The notes under the pieces were generated by a model. It saw only the letters and a list, made by a program, of their open reading frames with translations. It was not told the DNA's origin and searched no databases. Made by a program: the position numbers and the translations under genes. From IMG/VR virus record IMGVR_UViG_2713896785_000018: a stretch of DNA of 7,671 nucleotides. One strand, given 5' to 3'. Below are positions 6,090 through 7,671 of this stretch, in pieces. How positions within the stretch are numbered: the stretch's first letter is position 1; each line of letters begins with the position of its first letter. The stretch is from a virus (lineage: Duplodnaviria; Heunggongvirae; Uroviricota; Caudoviricetes).

Positions 6090-6806
6090 TCACCGCTGCT
6101 GTTCTCTGGTGGCGGTAATATCCCGGAGAATATCCCGGCACTTGTTCAGCTCCCGCAGCGCGGCGCAGACTCGCTCCCACTTCTGAACCTGACCTTTTGC
6201 CCGGCGCAGCTCGCGGTTAGCCACATGCAGCGATGGTAAAATCAGACCATCCGGATGCTTTCTGGTGAACGACGGCTGTGACTGCACTGTGACCGCCACA
6301 CTTTCCGTTTTTATTTCTTCCTGTGTTTCCGCTTCCCCGACTGGTAACGCAACACCTGCTGGCTGAGGAAAGGCTTTACCATCCGTTTCCGCTATGGATG
6401 CGGCTTTCGGCTCTGCCGGTAAATCAGCGCCCGGTATGCAGTACCGAAATTTACCGCCCTGATTCACGCGAATCAGACGCCCTTTGCTGATTGCCATGGC
6501 CAGTGATGAATTCGCCCGGCGGGAGGTAATCCCGAACATCAGTGCCAGCTCATCCGCCGTTTGTGGGCCATGATGTTCAATCGCCTCAGTCAGCATTTGC
6601 GCTGTCACTTTCGGTACCGGTGACACTGGTTCACTTTCACCAGCCTGAATCAGCCACCACATCGAACCCTTGTTATCCGCTTCACCACGGCGCTTCAGTT
6701 TCCACAGTTCGTTGACAGCATCTTCGCGGCTGATTCCAAGGCGCGATGCCACTACCTGTGAAGAGGCTTTTTTCAGTGCTTTCAGTGCGTCAAATACAGT
6801 TTCCAT
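6090..6806 (-). CDS. phage protein with N-terminal winged-helix-like domain (238 aa from ATG 6806)
   Basis: The track start is TTG at 6824. The ATG at 6806 has GGAGGA 7 nt upstream and lies 21 nt after the DnaC-like stop. N-terminus: [43 protein letters not shown]. The rest has no recognised motif. Confidence 0.6.
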   Translation of the reverse strand: METVFDALKALKKASSQVVASRLGISREDAVNELWKLKRRGEADNKGSMWWLIQAGESEPVSPVPKVTAQMLTEAIEHHGPQTADELALMFGITSRRANSSLAMAISKGRLIRVNQGGKFRYCIPGADLPAEPKAASIAETDGKAFPQPAGVALPVGEAETQEEIKTESVAVTVQSQPSFTRKHPDGLILPSLHVANRELRRAKGQVQKWERVCAALRELNKCRDILRDITATREQQR

Positions 6807-6827
6807 TAAAACGTCCTCCAACAAAAA

Positions 6828-7574
6828 TTACTTCACAACCCTCTGATTGCTGACATTTGGACGCCAGCTATCCCAGTTAAACGTCACCCACCGACCACCG
6901 TTCATGGTCATGCGGTCCATAATCCTCTCACCAAGAAGCGTGCTCATTGCGGCATGATTCAGGTTTGTTAACATCCCGACACTGCACAGTGATGCTGTCC
7001 GGCGATCAATTATCTGGTGTAATACCACCTGCTCGTTTTTCGTCTCCCGCTGAACGCCTATTTCATCCAGGACCAGCAAATCAACACTGCAAAGCTCCTG
7101 TAAAAATTTTTCCCCGGATTTGCCGTTGTCGTAGCTGTCATGCAACACGCTCATGACATCAGACACGGTGACGATAATCACGCTGCGCCCCTTCGCCATC
7201 AGCCGGTTACCCATCGCCGCTGCAAGGTGATTTTTCCCGGTGCCGGTTTTACCGCTGAACACAAAATTCGTGCACCCGGTCATCAGTTCGTCAGCTATGG
7301 ATTTGGCCTGGCTCAGCGCGTATTTTTGCCCGTCGTTCTGCACCTGATAATTCGCAAACGAGCATTTGCTGTGCAGAGGCTGGATGCCCGAACGATTCAG
7401 GATTTTTTCCACCCGCAACTGGTGATTCTGGCGGTTAATCTCCTCGCTGCGTTTTCGTCCTTCAGCAAGTTGCCATTCCCGCCACTCCTCCACCGTCCGG
7501 TACGGTGGAACCGACGCCTGTGGTGCAAGTCTGCGAATACGTTCAAGAACCCCGGCTGCCGCAATGTTTTTCAT
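6828..7574 (-). CDS. DnaC-like replicative helicase loader (phage P-analogue, AAA+ ATPase, 248 aa)
   Basis: Walker A FSGKTGTGKNHLAAAMG and Walker B LLVLDEIGVQ. It aligns along its full length with E. coli DnaC as recalled (NRSGIRPLHQNCSFENY...FSGKPGTGKNHLAAAI...DLLVIDEIGVQ...GMLTNSN...LGERVMDRM...FNWDSYR). Confidence 0.92.
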   Translation of the reverse strand: MKNIAAAGVLERIRRLAPQASVPPYRTVEEWREWQLAEGRKRSEEINRQNHQLRVEKILNRSGIQPLHSKCSFANYQVQNDGQKYALSQAKSIADELMTGCTNFVFSGKTGTGKNHLAAAMGNRLMAKGRSVIIVTVSDVMSVLHDSYDNGKSGEKFLQELCSVDLLVLDEIGVQRETKNEQVVLHQIIDRRTASLCSVGMLTNLNHAAMSTLLGERIMDRMTMNGGRWVTFNWDSWRPNVSNQRVVK

Positions 7575-7580
7575 GCCACA

Positions 7581-7671
7581 TCACCCCCTGAATCCCGGCG
7601 GAATTTCGGTATCCGGTTCAGAAATATGATTCACACAACGCTGGTTGTTCGTGCCGCTTACCGGGAGCAAC
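7581..7671 (-). CDS. 3' end of upstream replication gene (O/DnaT-like position), partial
   Basis: An open frame runs from the window edge to a TGA at 7581-7583 (...LLPVSGTNNQRCVNHISEPDTEIPPGFRG*). The stop overlaps the SD/start region of the DnaC-like gene. The call is positional only. Confidence 0.35.
   Translation of the reverse strand, partial: LLPVSGTNNQRCVNHISEPDTEIPPGFRG

Noticed and set aside
5776-6180. Full 134 aa version of the HTH protein starting at 6180
   Set aside because: It would overlap the upstream gene by 90 nt and its first 40 aa are low-complexity (Arg/Ala/Gly-rich). The internal ATG at 6057 is preferred.
762-7156. Plus-strand ORFs from the track (762..947, 1202..1501, 1613..1957, 1954..2148, 2129..2356, 2364..2600, 3234..3491, 3236..3430, 3788..3994, 4262..4492, 4821..5114, 6947..7156)
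   Set aside because: Each lies antisense to a better-supported minus-strand gene or to the hok leader, lacks a convincing SD, and has junk-like composition. They are treated as shadow ORFs.
1-7671. tRNA genes, CRISPR repeats, IS or transposase, integrase or att site
   Set aside because: No cloverleaf-compatible GTTCGAAT-type T-loop in a suitable context, no regularly spaced direct repeats, and no transposase- or integrase-like ORF. Prophage ends are not in this window.

Overview
The window reads as the early-right arm of a lambdoid prophage from an Enterobacteriaceae host, with every supported gene on the minus strand. Running from high to low coordinates: the 3' end of an upstream replication gene, a DnaC-like helicase loader, a winged-helix protein, and a run of small tightly coupled ORFs ending in a DUF551 protein. 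Then comes a complete hok/mok/sok type I toxin-antitoxin locus and a YgiW/YdeI-family OB-fold periplasmic protein, closed by an intrinsic terminator. A nin-like region follows: a 90 aa ORF, a GC-rich ORF, a YbcO-like zinc-motif protein, and rusA carrying an in-frame TGA. Last are a putative Q-like antiterminator, a strong intrinsic terminator, and an AT-rich AppY-like AraC-family regulator in a 'moron' position. Four 50-nt N runs (993-1042, 2255-2304, 2617-2666, 5394-5443) interrupt several genes and limit frame assignment. No tRNA, rRNA, CRISPR array or IS element was found. The best candidates for something undescribed are the unassigned small-gene cluster at 5067-6806 and the unusual context of rusA and the YbcO-like gene. 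All family assignments are from recalled motifs and sequences, not searches.
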